Assembly: GCF_009914755.1 (NCBI RefSeq)
Contig: NC_060938.1
Length of the DNA: 64,000 bases
Source of the DNA: the human T2T-CHM13v2.0 reference genome, Homo sapiens
Direction: 5' to 3' (one strand)
Part shown: positions 12,683 through 27,548 of the stretch, one piece after another
How the letters are laid out: each line of letters begins with the position of its first letter
Numbering within the stretch: position 1 is the stretch's first letter
Notes under the pieces: generated by a model
What the model was told of the DNA's origin: nothing
Seen by the model: the letters and a program-made list of their open reading frames with translations, nothing else
Databases searched by the model: none
Program-made: the position numbers and the translations under genes

Positions 12683-13739
12683 CTGCTCCTTATCAACTTG
12701 TAGTTAGTAAGGACAAAGTATATCAACGTTACCAGACCACATCTCTGGATTATTCACAGAGTCTGCTATTTCTGTTTGTACTACCAGACCTGAGAATATT
12801 TATGGTAATGTCTGTGGTCCTAGCTTCTTGTCTTGCCCATCTTCTCTCTCATCCTGTCTAATCATTTACAGGTCAATTCTCCCACTCTTACTTGTTGCAG
12901 CTCCCATTCCTGCTGACTTCTGCTTTGGGTCAATTGTGTGAGTATACCAGCACCAAGCTTCTCAGTGTTTACTCACCCTCTGTTGCCTCATCTGACTGAG
13001 CGTCCCTAATTGTACAGCGAAGGTACAGGCTTGGAAGGCATGAAAATGTTGGCATATAGAGAAGTGTCAAATACCTAGGGGTGATAAGAGTGCTGCGTTT
13101 AGAAGACAAATGATAGGAGATAAATTGGTCCTGGAGGTTGGGGCTTCTTACAGAATTGGGGGCCTCTGAATCTAAAACTTGTGCTCTTAACTGTTCTCCA
13201 TTATTTCCCCCAGCTGGCCTATTAAACATCATCTATAAAAAAATCTATAATCTAGTTTAGAAACTAGCTTACTCAAAGACACAGAAGTTTGCTCTACCAA
13301 AGGTTACTAGGCAGGCATTGCAAAGTTATCTACAAAGACTAGATGGTAACATAAATCTGTAACTCTGTTAGATTCAGTGATACAGTAGCTCCATGATAAA
13401 TATGGAGCTTCAAAATCTGGAGAATGGACATACCATCTAAACACAACTGAAGATTGTTGTCATGGGAAATGCCAACCAACATTGCCTGATATTCTCCTTT
13501 CACAGAGCTCCTGGAAGATCATTCCAGAAATCCTGGAAATCCAGATGTTAGTTACAAACAAACATTTAAAACTGGGCCAGCGTATTGAAAAACAAATAAA
13601 TGTCTGTACTCCATATTTGACTCTCCAAGAGGCAGTTTACAGCCTCCGTTAGAAGACTTAACACATTTGTTTGTCTAAGACTAGACAAAGAGCTTAGTCC
13701 ACAACTGAAATACACTTAAAAACAGCAACAAAAACAATC

Positions 13740-14670
13740 ATGCTGCTTAAAATCCTTCAGTGGCTTTGAACTCTGATTGATGTGAAATCCAGCATTCTTC
13801 ATAGCCCAAGTCTTCACATGATCTGGCAACTTCCCGATTCCCCAGCTTCTGGGCAAGCTGCTGTCCTCTTTGCTTGCCATGGTCCACCTATAACAATCTT
13901 CTAGCTTTTCAGAAATGTTAAGCTCTTCCCATCTCAGGTAGTTTCACATTATTGCCTCTGCTTAGAATGCCTTTCCTCTTCTTTTCAACTGTTGAAATCT
14001 TTTTTCTAGTTTTAAATTTCTTATTGATGCACAATATTTGTACATATTGAGGAGGCACATGTGATTTTTTTTACATGCATAGAATGTGTAATGATCAGGT
14101 CAAAGTATTTAAGATAGGCCTCCTCTAAAGCATTTATCATTTCCATGTGTTCCAAACATTTCAAATCCTCTCTGCTTGTATTTTGAAATATAACATACAT
14201 TGTTGCTAATTATAGTCACCCTATTATGCTATAAAACATTAGAACTTATACTTTCTAACAGCTTGGTACTCATTAATCAATCTCCCTTTATTCCTCCCTC
14301 CTCTCCCAACATCCTTCTCAGCCTTTAGTACCTATCATTCTACTCCCTACCTCCATGAGATCAACTTTTTTTGCTCCCACATGTGAGTGAGAAGATGAAA
14401 GATTTGTCTTTCTGTGCCTGGCTTATTTCACTCAACATAATGACCCCCAGTTCCATCCATATTACTGCAAATGACATGGTTTCGTTCTTTTTCATTACTG
14501 AATAGTATTCCATCATAAATGTAATATATGTACATACACACACACACACGTGCACGCATGTTCTATAGCTGTCCTCACTGTTCTATAGCTCCATAAGGAC
14601 AAGGACTGTCTTCATGGAGTGGTGTGCCTTCCACACAATTTGTGCTCATGATTAGTTGAATAAATAGATG
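13740..14670 (+). mobile_element. L2 3' fragment split by an L1 insertion (pieces ~13740-13990 and ~14575-14670)
   Basis: 'cttaaaatccttcagtggct', 'gcctctgcttagaatgcc'; L2 terminus 'gctccataaggacaaggactgtc...gttgaataaat'. Confidence 0.7.
13999..14530 (-). mobile_element. L1MA 3' end fragment
   Basis: 'catgcatagaatgtgtaatgatc', 'ctcccacatgtgagtgagaa', 'gtctttctgtgcctggcttatttcactcaacataatg'. Confidence 0.9.
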
Positions 14671-14894
14671 AGGGATTTATCTGTTTCTAAATTCTGCATT
14701 GCATTTAGCATTTCTTGGGAGATTTAAACAAGTCAGTTCAGGTAACAAGTTTAGCTCAGTGCTAGGAATATAGTAGTGGCTCAATTAAATGTTAGAAATA
14801 ATTAGATGTCTGTTTTAACTTCCCTGATCAGAAACAGAAAATAAAAATGATGACACAAAAATGCAACTTATATTTTATAATGCGATTCTCATGA

Positions 14895-15190
14895 TATCTT
14901 AGAGTGGATTTGCCGAAAAGCAGACCGTGAGGCAGGATATAAGTGCAAGGTGATAAGCCTAGGAAGCATAGTCATGGAGTAGGAAGGTGAGCCCGGGAAA
15001 GGAGGCAAGCCAGCAAAGGGCATGTTAATTGAGTAGATCACCCCTGGGCTCAGTCCTCCTTGGGGACCCTCTGAGAGACTGTGTTGAACCTAATCTCAGA
15101 GTTGTTCCATGAATGAGCAAGAAAACTAGCTTATTTAAGTACCATCTTCTGTCCCTCACTGGCTGGGAGTTGCTCTTTGGAGGCCCCCCT
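14895..15190 (-). mobile_element. LTR16-like ERVL LTR fragment
   Basis: 'aagcagaccgtgaggcaggat...ggggaccctctgagagactgtg...ctcagagttgttcc' matches recalled LTR16 motifs. Confidence 0.7.
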
Positions 15191-15885
15191 GCCACTAAGG
15201 AGCGTCAGATGCAAATCTTTACGCCTTTTTTTTTAACTGATTGATTTAGCTCTGTTTTTGCCATGATCTTTGAAGTTCTTTTTAAGAATCACATGTGCTT
15301 TCTTCATAATAAATGTTTATTTTTGCTAGCATTATCTTAAATTTGTACAATATTTTATTAAGGAAATTTGGTAATGTGTAGCAAACAAACAAATGCACTT
15401 TGATCCACATAAGTCTACCTCAAGATGCTTTTCCTAAGGCGATAATTATGAATATGTGCTAATATTTTTGTCTTATTTTACAAATATTATAATTCTTGTA
15501 GACATTTAGAAAACACTGAAAATATGTACAAATAAAGTTATCAGCACTGCCACAGCACAAAAATACTATTTATATTAGAAATAATTTTTTTAATTGAAAT
15601 GACACTATATATGCTGGAATTGTCTACATTTTTAAATGATGAACATTTTCTCATGGTTTTAAATATTTTTCATAAAGTTCGTTAGTAATAATGTATTGTC
15701 CTGAAGCATATTTAAACAGAACATACCAAATTTTCAACAGATACATAGCAGTTCTGTAACATTCTATCTAGGGCTTGAGTACCCAACAAATGGGGGTGGG
15801 GAAGGGCAATTAAAGAAGAAGGGAGTTAGTGTCACACCAAAATATTTATTTCCTTGATAAATCATTCAGGTCGACTCTAGATGTT

Positions 15886-16377
15886 TGTCATGATTGGGGG
15901 TCTCAGGTAGTCTTGGTTAAGCAGCCTCCCCTGGGGCAATTTCTCTTCTTTGGTACGATTCATGGGAAAGATGGGTCTTAGACACCATCTGCCGCTCCAG
16001 TGGTTTATTTTGGCAGTGCTTTTTCAAGACACAAGAGCAGGCTGGTGGCATGGGCTAGATATAATCAGGTAGTCAGATGACCAGCTGACCAGGAGGGTCT
16101 CCATGTGGAGATCATTTTCAGAATTTGGGGGATTCTTTTCCTTTTCTTATACCTGTATGCAATCTAAGTCAGTTTCCAGGTGTTTCTTTCATAACGGGAA
16201 TTTAAGCCTATTCTTGTAAGGGTGAGCTTGTTTTAAGGTTTATAAAAGTTGCAGCTGTGCTGAGATGGAGTTGTCTTCTGGAAATCCCCCACTGAGTTTC
16301 ATCATACTGCTAAGTGACATGTAGTGTCATCCCTGCAAGAAACTTGAGTGGGGCTTATGGCTATCATTAATCTTACA
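15886..16377 (-). mobile_element. Probable ERV solo LTR (family not assigned)
   Basis: The minus strand reads TGTAAG...CATGACA (TG..CA ends, ~490 bp) with a TATAAG box upstream of AATAAA; GC-richer than its flanks; no clear TSD. Confidence 0.5.
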
Positions 16378-16852
16378 GCCATGGACGTCTCTTGTAGTGT
16401 ACCATAATATTTGTGTATAATGTTCTTGGTGCCAAGCCTACATGCCCTACAGTACGTCAGTGGTTTTATTATGATGTATTTCCGTGACTTCCTCCTTTTC
16501 CCTCTTCAACTCCATGTTTTGTCATTTCCCATACCAATGACAACTCAGCATATGGTATAAAGACATCCATACTCGTCTTGTCTTATTTTGTACCTTCTAC
16601 ATTCTGTGCACATTTCTGACTCCCACTTTTCCTCCCCCTCTTTCATCTAGGGCTAGTTCCTCCATCTTTGCTCTGGTTCCCTTTCTTTGTACGTAGGATC
16701 ATTGATTCTCTCTAATCAGCATTTAAACTTGTGAAGTATCTTCTGTCTTAAAGCAAAAGAAACCAAAATTCTCTCCTCATATTCAAATTCTCTAGTCACT
16801 AACCCAATTGTGTTTCTGTTCACAACAGAAAAATATTTTTGGTTTCCTTATT

Positions 16853-17570
<718 letters not shown>

Positions 17571-18539
17571 AGTTTTTGAAAGAGATTACTCCATTTACTG
17601 TTCTCAATTTCTCATCCTTTACTCATTCCTCAACCTTTCATGATATGTCTGCTCCTGTCTAAGCAACCTGCTTCCAGCAAGACTGCTAATCACACCCTTA
17701 CATTGAAATTCATTTGTAGCTGACAGCGTTTTTTATTCCTCTTGGCTACCATAATACTACACTTCTTGTTTTTGTTTGTCTTGTTTTGTTTTGTCTTGGG
17801 CAGGCTCTAGCTTCTGAGCTCCCTTTGTATCCTGTCGATCTCCATATATTTTATGATTTCTTCCTCTGCCTGCCCCTTACATCTGTCTGGTCCTCAGGAA
17901 TCAGTGCAGGGCCCCTTTAAGTCTCATTTTACACATATTACGATACTTTCAAAACTTCAGCTCTTAGTTATTTGTTAATGACTCCAAAATCTGTAATCCT
18001 ATCCCAGTTGCTTTTTCTGAGCTCCATGCACATCTATTCATTCATTCATTCAAAAAAAAATTTCCAGCGAGTGCCTATTCTGTGCAAGCAAATTGCTACA
18101 TGCTGAGAACACCATGATGAGCAAGGGACAAACGCTTCCATGTTGGTGGTGAATACAGCCAACAAATAAGTAAGCAAATAAATAAGCAAAGGGACTAAGA
18201 AGCTGCTCTGGTCAAATAATCAGGGAGATACTTTGGATAGACTGTGCTTGAAGCTGAGAAGAGTTAAAACCAAGTAAAAATGCCTGTTCAAGAAGATCCC
18301 ATGATGAAACAGCAAGCTCAAATGCTTTGAGGCGAGAAAGAAGTTGATGGGTTTGGGGAAGTAAACAGAGATCCAAGCCTGGATATGGTAATTAGAGTAG
18401 GAGTAGTAGGATATGATGTTGAAGAAGTAGGTAGGAATCACGTAAGGGTGTGTGGGCCATAATCTGGAATTTAGGTTTTACTTTAAAGACAATGCAAAGC
18501 CACTGAATCATTTTTGGCAAGAGAATAACACTTTGTTAT

Positions 18540-19490
18540 TATTGTTGTTAAGTATTTTATTCTCTTTAAGAGGTTTTATATCATAACAAACTTGAGAGAA
18601 AGGTACAGATATATCCCCATATACCCTCTGCCCCCCAAAATACATAGGTACATTAAAATAAAAACTTTTTATTTAAGTAAAATTAAGCTAGAGAAAACTA
18701 CAGATGCCACTGAGTTTTTGTAAGTTTTGTGAGTACATCCATGTAGCTAGTATCTGGGCCTAATAATGAAACACTACTCCTATCCCAGATGTCCTCTCAT
18801 GTTGTCTTCTAGTCACTACCTGTCCCCTGCTCAGAGTAAACACAATCCTGACTTCTAACATGGATTAATTTAATCTGTTTTGTACTTTATATGAATGATA
18901 TCATACAGTATGTGCTATTTTATGTCTGGCTTCTTTCTTTCTATATTCTGTCTCTGAAAATATCCTATGTCATTATGTCTAGTGGTATTTTCTTCATTCC
19001 CATGCTGCAAAGCAGTCCATTTTGTGAGTATTCTGCAATTCATTTATCCATTCAAATGAAAATGGGCCCTTGAGTAGTTCCCAGTTTGGGAAAATTATAA
19101 ATACTGCTGTTATAATCAACCTAGTACATGTCTTTTGTTGAACATAAGCATTCATTTGTTGGAAATATACCTAATAGTGGATTTGGGGGCAAAATTTTAT
19201 GCATATGTTCACTTTTATTAAAATCTATCCACTTTATGGAAAAATTAATATATGTGTATATATGGATGTATATTTAAATGTACAAAGATATATGTGTATA
19301 TATTTAATTATTTATGTGGAAAGTATTTCAAATGTACAGAAGAGTTACAATAATGTTTTACAGAATATCCATACTCCTTTATTTAGTATCAAATATTGCT
19401 AATATTTTGCCCCATCTTCTTTGTCATTTGCTGTCTTTATTTATATAAATTTTACTTTTTCTGTACCATTTGAGGGTAACTTACATACAT
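18540..19490 (-). mobile_element. Old L1 fragments (L1MC/L1ME); an L1MC-like piece continues at ~21860-22900
   Basis: 'aatcctgacttctaac', 'atcatacagtatgtgctattttatgtctggcttctttc', 'tttcaaatgtacagaagagttacaa'. Confidence 0.75.
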
Positions 19491-19493
19491 GAT

Positions 19494-21855
19494 TGTATTA
19501 ATCCATTCTCATGCTACTATAAAGAACTACCTGTGACTGGGTAACTCATAAAGAATAGAGTTTTAATTAACTGACAGTTCTGCATGGCTTGGGAGGCCTC
19601 AGGAAACTTATAATCGTGCCAGAAGGGGAAGCAAACACATCCTCCTTCACAGGACGGCAGGAAGGAGAAGGGCCGAACAAAGAGGGAAAAGCCCTTTATA
19701 AAACCATCAGATCTCATGAGAATTCACTCACTACAATGAGAACAGCAGCGCAGGGATAACTGCCCCCATGATTCAATTACCTCCCACTGGGTCCCTCCCA
19801 CAATATGTGGGGATTATGGTAACTACAATTAAAGATGAGATTTGGGTGGGGTCACAGCCAAACCATATCATTCTGCCCTGGCCCCTCCAAAATCTCATGT
19901 CCTCACATTTCAAAATCAATCATGCCTTCTCAACAGTACCCCAAAGTCTTAACTCATTCCAGCATTAACCCCAAAGTCCAAATCCAAAGTCTCATCTGAG
20001 ACAAGACAAATGCCTTCCACTTAAGAGCCTGTAAATTCAAGTTAGTTTCTTCCTGGATACAATGGGGTACAGACATTGGGTAAATACACTCATTCAAAAT
20101 GGGAGAAGTTGGCCAAAACAAAGGAACTACAGGCCCCATGCAAGTCCAGAATTCAGTGAGGCAATCAAATCTTAAAGCTCTGACATGATCTCCTTTGACT
20201 CCATGTCTCACATGTAGGTTATGCTGACACAAAAGCTAGACTCTCACAGCCTTGGACAGCTCCACCCCTGTGGCTTTGCAGGGTACAGCCCCCATCCCAG
20301 GTGCCTTCATAGGCTGGCTGGGTTTCTGTGGCTTTTCCAGGTGCCCAGTGCAAGCTTTGGTGGATCTACAATTCTGGGGGCTGGAGGATGGTGGCCCTCT
20401 TTTCACAGCTCCACTAGGCAGTATCCCAGTGGGGACTCTGTGTGAGGGCTTCAACCCCACATTTTCCTTCTGCACTGCCCTAGCAGAGGCTCTCCATGAG
20501 AGCTCTGCCCCTGCAGCAACTGTCTGCCTGGACATCTAGGTATTTCCATACATCCTCTAAAATCTAGACAGGGGTTCTCAAACCTCAATTCTTGACTTCT
20601 GTGCATCCACAGGCTCAATACCACATGGAAGCTGCCAAAGCTTGGGGCTTGGACCATCTGAAGACATAGCCCAAGCTATACCTTGGCCTCTTTCAGCCAC
20701 ATCTGGGATGCAGGGCACCAAATCCCTAGACTGCACAAAGCAGCAAGGCCCAGGGCCCAGCCCTCAAAGCCATTTTTCCTCCTAAGCCTCTGGGCCTGTG
20801 ATGAGAGGAGCTGCCATGAAGGGCTCTGACATGCTGTGGAGATATTTTCCCCATTGCCTTGGTGATTAACACTTGGCTCCTTGTTACTTATGCAAATTTC
20901 TGCAGCTGGCTTAAATTTCTCCTCAGAAAATGCGTTTTTCTTTTCTATCACCTTGTCAGGTTATAAATTTGCTAAACTTTTATTTCTTTTATTTATTTAA
21001 CTTCCCTTTAAACATAAATTCCAATTGCAAATCATATCTCTGTGAATACATAAAACTGAATGCTTTTAACAACACCCAAGTCACATCTTGAACACTTTGG
21101 TGTTTAGAAATTTCTTTTGCCAGATACCCTAAATCATGTCTCTAAAGTTTGAAGTTCCATAGATCTCTAGGGCAGGGGCAAGATGCCACCAGTCTCTTTG
21201 TTAAAACATAGCAGGAGTCACCTTTATTCCAGTTCCCAATAAGATCCTTATCTCCATGTGAGTCCACCTAAGCCTGGACTTTATTGTCTATATTACTATC
21301 AACATTTTGGTCAAATCCATTCAATATGTCTCTAGGATGTTCCAAACTTTCCCACATTTTCCTGTCTTCTTCTGAGCCCTCCAAACTGTTCTAACCTCTG
21401 GATATTACCCAGTTCCAAAGTCGCTTTCACGTTTTTGGGTATCTTTACAGCAGGACCTCATTACCCAGTACGAATTTACTGTATTAGTTCATTCTCATGC
21501 TCCTATAAAGAACTGCCCAAGACTGGGTAATGTATAAAGGAAAGAGGTTTAATTGATTCACAATTCTGCATGGTTGGGAGGCCTCAGGAAACTTACAATC
21601 TTGGCAGAAGGGGAAGCAAACACATATTTCTTCACAGGATGGCAGGAAGGAGGAGTACCAAACAAAGAGGGAAAAGCCCCTTATAAAGCCATCATATCTC
21701 GTGAGAACTGACTCACTAACACTAGAACAGCAGCATGGGGGTAACCACCCCCATGATTCAATTACCTCCCACCGGTTTCCTCCCACAACACGTGGGGATT
21801 ATGGAAACTACAATTCAAGATGAGATTTAGCTGGCAACGCAGCCAAACCATATCA
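19494..21855 (-). mobile_element. Full-length THE1C MaLR provirus (LTR 19494-19870, internal 19871-21479, LTR 21480-21855)
   Basis: Two ~377-bp direct LTRs (tgtatt...ccaaaccatatca); THE1-int motifs; 5-bp TSD atgat/ataat. Confidence 0.95.
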
Positions 21856-22430
21856 ATAATGTTCTTTTACTTCTACATGCTATACTATATATTACCTAAA
21901 ATTAAGACTTTTAGTATACAAAACCATGGGACAGTTATCCATTCAAGTAAATTTAACATTGATACATAATATTTTTCCTAATCTTTTGCTGGTATTCCAG
22001 TTTTGCTAATTTACTAATAATGTCTTTTAAGCATTTTAAAATTCCAACATAGGCTGAAATATTGCATTTAGTTTTTATCTTTTATACTCCTTTATTCTAA
22101 GACAGTTACTCTGCTTCTTTTGTCCCATATGACACTGAAATTTTTGAAGTACACAATCTCACGTTTTAGTAGAATAATTATCACTTTTGAGTTGTCTGAT
22201 AATTCTCCATGGTTAATTTCAGTTTATGCTTTCCCAACATGCATAAGTGATGTTGTATCCTTTTCAGGTTTTCTCACGGAGAGATACACAATATATATTT
22301 GCTCCACTCAAGATTGTCTGATTCTCCAACATTATAGTTATTAGTTTTTCCTTGCTACTAAACAATGTGGGGACACATTTTAAGATAATGCAAGTACCTG
22401 TCTCCTCATCAAAATTCAGAAAAAAAAAAT

Positions 22431-22845
<415 letters not shown>

Positions 22846-24044
22846 TCAACATTCTACTATAAACAAGAGTCTTTCTTTTGTCTTTTATGTTTATTTATGA
22901 TTGCATGATATATATTTTTAAAGGATAACTTTGCCGCTCAGAGTATGTTTTAAATGGGGCAAGAGTAGAAGGAAGAGAGATCAATTATCTGGCTATGATA
23001 AAAAGTTTAAGAAAGAGATAATAATATCTCCAATAAGAATGGCAGCAAATCAGATGGGGATAAATGGGTCAATTTGAGATATGTTTGGACTTCAAGTAAA
23101 TAAGATTTGTTTAGATATATAGGATGAGAGATAGGTTTCATTCCTGAACAACTAGATAGAGTTGCCATTGCAGGAAGATAGGAGAAAAGCAGGGTTTGGC
23201 AAAGAGAAGATTGATTTCAGGTCTGCCAAATTTAAAACAGTTATCATACACTGAAATGGAGAGGTTAAGTAGGCAGTCACATAAACTAGTTTGTAATTTA
23301 AGGTTTTGTCTATACTGGAGATATATATTTAAGAGCCAAGATCCTATCGATGATATCTAATTATTAATGATAAGAAGGTCTAGGATAGACCCTGAGCAGG
23401 GTAGAGAGAGAGTCAGCAAAGAAGTCTTAGAAGAGCATCCAATAAGGCAGAGGAAACTAGTAGAGTACTTTCTTATGGAAGTGCAAAAAGGAGAATGTTT
23501 CAGATTCAAGCCAACTGGGTGAAATATATTGAGTTCTGCTGACAGCTGTTGAAATATTCAGTTGGCTACATAGATATGCCCACTTGGATGTATCACAAGT
23601 ATCTCCAGAAAGTTTGAGTTATCTTAGTCTTTTCTACATCCACCTTTAATCTATCATAAAACTCCTTTTGACTCTACTTTCAAAACATATACTGAATAAA
23701 ACATCTCACCACTTCTGCTACCCTTTCCATCTAAGCTATTGCTATTACTCAAGTAATTGCACAGCTTCATAGTCTCCATCTTTACATCTTATGTCCCTTT
23801 GGTTAATGTTGAACATTGAATGATCCAGTTAAAATATAACTCATCTTATACCACTTATCAGTTCTCACTCAGGACAAAAGCCAATGTACTTACAATGACC
23901 TAGAATACATGAGCTGGCACATGCCACACTACTTCACTGACATCATTTCCTGCAACTTTACCTCCCATTATCTTTTCTCCAGCCACAATGGCTGTCCTAG
24001 GACATGCTAGGCAACATCTCACCTCAAAGCTTTTTAGGAAATCT

Positions 24045-25055
24045 TTCATATGGATGGCAAATAAACACATAAAAAGATGTTTGACATTACTAGCCATTAA
24101 GGAATTGCAAATTGAATCACAACGAGACAACACTATACAGCTATCAGAATGGTTAAACAAACTGTAATGGCAATACGAAATGCTGGCAAGGTTGCAAAGA
24201 AACTTGATCACTCATACATTGCTGATGGGAATGTAAAATGGTACAGACATTCTGCAAAACAGTTGGGCAGGGTTTTATTTTTATAAAATTAAACATGCAA
24301 TCCAGCAGTTGCTCTCTTGAGCACTTTCTCCCAGAGAAATAGAAACTTATGTTCAAGTAAGAACCAGTATACAAATGTTTATAGCAGCTTTATTCACAGT
24401 AGTTAAAAACTGGAAACAACGCAAATCTCTTTCAATGGAGTGAATGTTTAAACAAACTGTGGTACATCCAGATCAAAGAATATTACTCAGAAATAAAAAT
24501 GAACAAGCTATTGATAAATGCAACAACTTCAATGAACTTTAAAAGGATTATGATGAATGAAAAATGCCAATCCCAGAAGGTAATATATTGTATAATTCTA
24601 CTCATTTAACATTCTTGAATGGCAAAATTATAAAGATAGAGAGCAGATTAGTCATGGTCAGAGGTTAAGAATGGGAAAGATGGCAGAAGGGGGGTGGATG
24701 TGATTATAAAAAGGAAGCACAACAGATCCTTGTGGCAATGGCACTGTTTTGCATATTTAATATGATGGCATTTACACAAACATACATATCTGTTAAAATT
24801 GCATACAGCTAATTAAACACATGCACATACATGTGTATAAAATTGGGAAAATATGAAAAAGATCAGTGGATTATATTGTGTGTGTGTGCGTGTGTGGTTT
24901 TTTTTTTTTTTTTTACTTGTGACATTGTTCCTTATTTTCACAAGAGGTTATCAGGGATTGAAATTGAAATTGAATGAAGAGTACACAGGATCTTTCCATA
25001 TGATTTCTTAGAACTTCATGTGAATCTATACTTATCTCAACATTTTAAAAAGGGT
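24045..25055 (+). mobile_element. L1MC-like 3' fragment
   Basis: 'aatgtttatagcagctttattcac', 'gatcactcatacattgctgatgggaatgtaaaatggtacag'. Confidence 0.85.
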
Positions 25056-25224
25056 TAATTCGAAACCTTTATTTTCTGTTTTTTTTTTCTGTGTAGTATT
25101 CTAATGTATGCATATATCTCAATTATAAATTTGAATTGTGATATACGTTTGCTTTTTCTTCCACTTTTGACTAATATGAATAATGTTTTTAATAAATAAT
25201 CTATACATATATTTTAATGTACAT

Positions 25225-25441
25225 CAGGATATCTCAGCCTTGACACTATTGCCATTTTGGTCTAAAAATTCTCTTTTGTTGGGAGTCTCTACTGTATGTT
25301 GTAAGATGTCTAGCAGCATTACTGGTGTCTACCAATTAAATGCCAGTAGCACCTCCTCTCCAAATTTTGAAAGTCAAATATGTCTCTAGATGTTACCAGA
25401 TACATTTTGGGGACAAAATCACTCCTGACTGAGCACCACTG
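25225..25441 (+). mobile_element. MER20 hAT-Charlie MITE, inside an old L1 (-)
   Basis: 'tctcagccttgacactattg...gtaagatgtctagcagcatt...gagcaccactg'; 8-bp TSD atgtacat/atttacat. Confidence 0.9.
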
Positions 25442-25959
25442 ATTTACATAGCTGTACACTTTTCAACGGCGTAAAAGTGGAGTGGAATTGCTCTTAATCA
25501 TTACCTTTAAATCAAGATAGAGAATGTGATTTGTTTTTCCAAAATTATTTCACCCATTTGTATGCCCATCACCCATTTGTATAAAAATTACCATTTTTTG
25601 TATCCTTGTCAGCATTAGGTATTATCAGACTTTTAAATTTTATCCATTCTGTTATACTGGCAGTGAAATCTCATTATCAATTTAATTTGCATTCTTTCAT
25701 TATTAATGAAGTTGTCCATCTTTTTAAAAGTATCTTTATTGGTCACTTGAATCTAGTCTTTCATAGTGTCTGCAGATCTTTTGACTGTGCTTCCATGGGT
25801 TTAAATATTTATAACTTTTGTTGCAGTTTTGTAAAAAATTATTTTAATGCATTTTGGATATAAGCACCCTGTGTGTTGTGTCTGCACACACATACACATA
25901 CACATACGCATACACACATATCATATTTTCTCCCACTCACTGGTTTCCCTTGACAATGT

Positions 25960-26460
25960 GGTTTCACAGTAGGAAGATGCATAGACCAAGAATAGCTAGA
26001 ACATTCTTGAAAAAGAAGAAGGTGGAAAAACCTGTTCTATTGAATATCAAGAACTACTGAAGACACATTAACCAAGAGAGTCTGGCATTGGCCCAACCGT
26101 AAATAAATAGACCAGAGGAAGAAAATAAAAAACCCAAAACAAACTCACACATATTCAGATGCTTGATTTGAGAGGAAGATCACATTACAGAGGAATGTAA
26201 AGACTCATATTTCAATAAATGGACATGGGAAATTAGTATATATTTGGGAAGATGAAACATAATTCCTACAGTATACCATACACAAAAATCAATTTCTGAT
26301 AATTTATGAACCTAATTTGAAACAATAAAGCATTTAGGAGATAATATTTCTAAAATCTTAATAAACTTGGACTTCCTGTTGGAAACTAAAACTCTAATAA
26401 ACTTGTTGGAAACTGGCTCTTAAATGGGACACAAATTTGACTACTTTAAATTAGGAAGTA
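25960..26460 (+). mobile_element. Old L1 ORF2 fragment
   Basis: 'gaccaagaatagctagaacattcttgaaaaagaagaa', 'ccatacacaaaaatcaatt'. Confidence 0.75.
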
Positions 26461-26839
26461 TTTATCAGCACTTCATTACTTGCTGTTCCCCTGCCTGTCC
26501 ACATAGCTCACTCCCTCCCTTTCTTTACTGTCTTTCTCTCAGTGAACCTGTTTTTGACCTCCCTATGCAAAATTGTGGTGCTCCCTCTCCACCACCATTC
26601 ACAGTCCCCATCCTCCGCTCCTGCTTTGTTTCTCCTCAGCATTCAACAACCCTCTAACATGGTGAAGCTCCTGGATGGAAGACATCTTTGCCTTTTTTAT
26701 TTTAATGCTGTATTCTCAGTACCTAACTCAGCAGTAATTGGCAAATAGGAGACACTAAATAAACAGGAGTTGAAAGAATAAATATTCCACTTACATACTA
26801 TCTCTTATATCTCTTATTTTCATCTTTTGTTTTTCATAT

Positions 26840-27548
26840 ACCCAGTGCCCAAACAGAAACCTGTGTATGGCATCAGATGGTTCTCTGACCTGCCCTTCAT
26901 AAACAACCAGGTTTCAATGTATCTTAAATGTGTTTCTATTTTTATCCACTGATTTCCCCCAGTCCAGGATGTTGTCATTGCTAAGCTAGACTACTGTAGC
27001 CACCCTGGTTGGCCTCACTCCATTGTACTTCCCCCTTTGAAATAATCCCTTCTCTGCAGTCTGAATGATACATTTCTTAATACTGACTAAAGGAAAACCT
27101 CTAATGCAATCTCACCCATTGTCCTCAAGATGAAATTCATGCTCTTTACTGTGGTTCTCAAAGCCTTCATATCTTCATTTACCAGCTTCATCCTTAACCT
27201 ATTCCTATTCCTTTTCCTACCCTTCCTACTCTCACCCTACCCTATTAGATTCTTGTTCATCCCCCTATCTTTGCTCTTGGCAGATCTCAACTTGAATATT
27301 TCTTCCAAGCTGTCTTCGCATTCTGCCGAAGTCCTGGTTGAGTTGTTTTGCTCTTTTCCTGGTATACTCCCAGAGCCACCTGAACTTCCTCCCTGACACT
27401 TTATCACACAATATTTGATTGCTGGATACTTCCCTGTGGGTGTGTCCCACACCGAATGTAAATAAGATGACCATAAGGACCATGACTGGCTTGGCCTTGA
27501 TCCTAGCAGAATCCCGGGTTATTTAGGTCTCAGCAAATATTGAATAGG
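26840..27548 (+). mobile_element. Degenerate L2 3' fragment
   Basis: 'ctagactactgtagc', 'gtaaataagatgaccataaggac...ctcagcaaatattgaat'. Confidence 0.55.

Noticed and set aside
12969-13232. Minus-strand 87-aa ORF with a GTGAGT donor near 12976
   Set aside because: No recognisable homology and no partner exons; compatible with chance
13300-13650. Possible MER102-like DNA transposon remnant
   Set aside because: Only a weak terminal resemblance; cannot be supported without an alignment
19768-21786. Cluster of overlapping ORFs of 66-100 aa
   Set aside because: All lie within THE1C LTR or internal sequence and are fragmented; no intact gag-like frame
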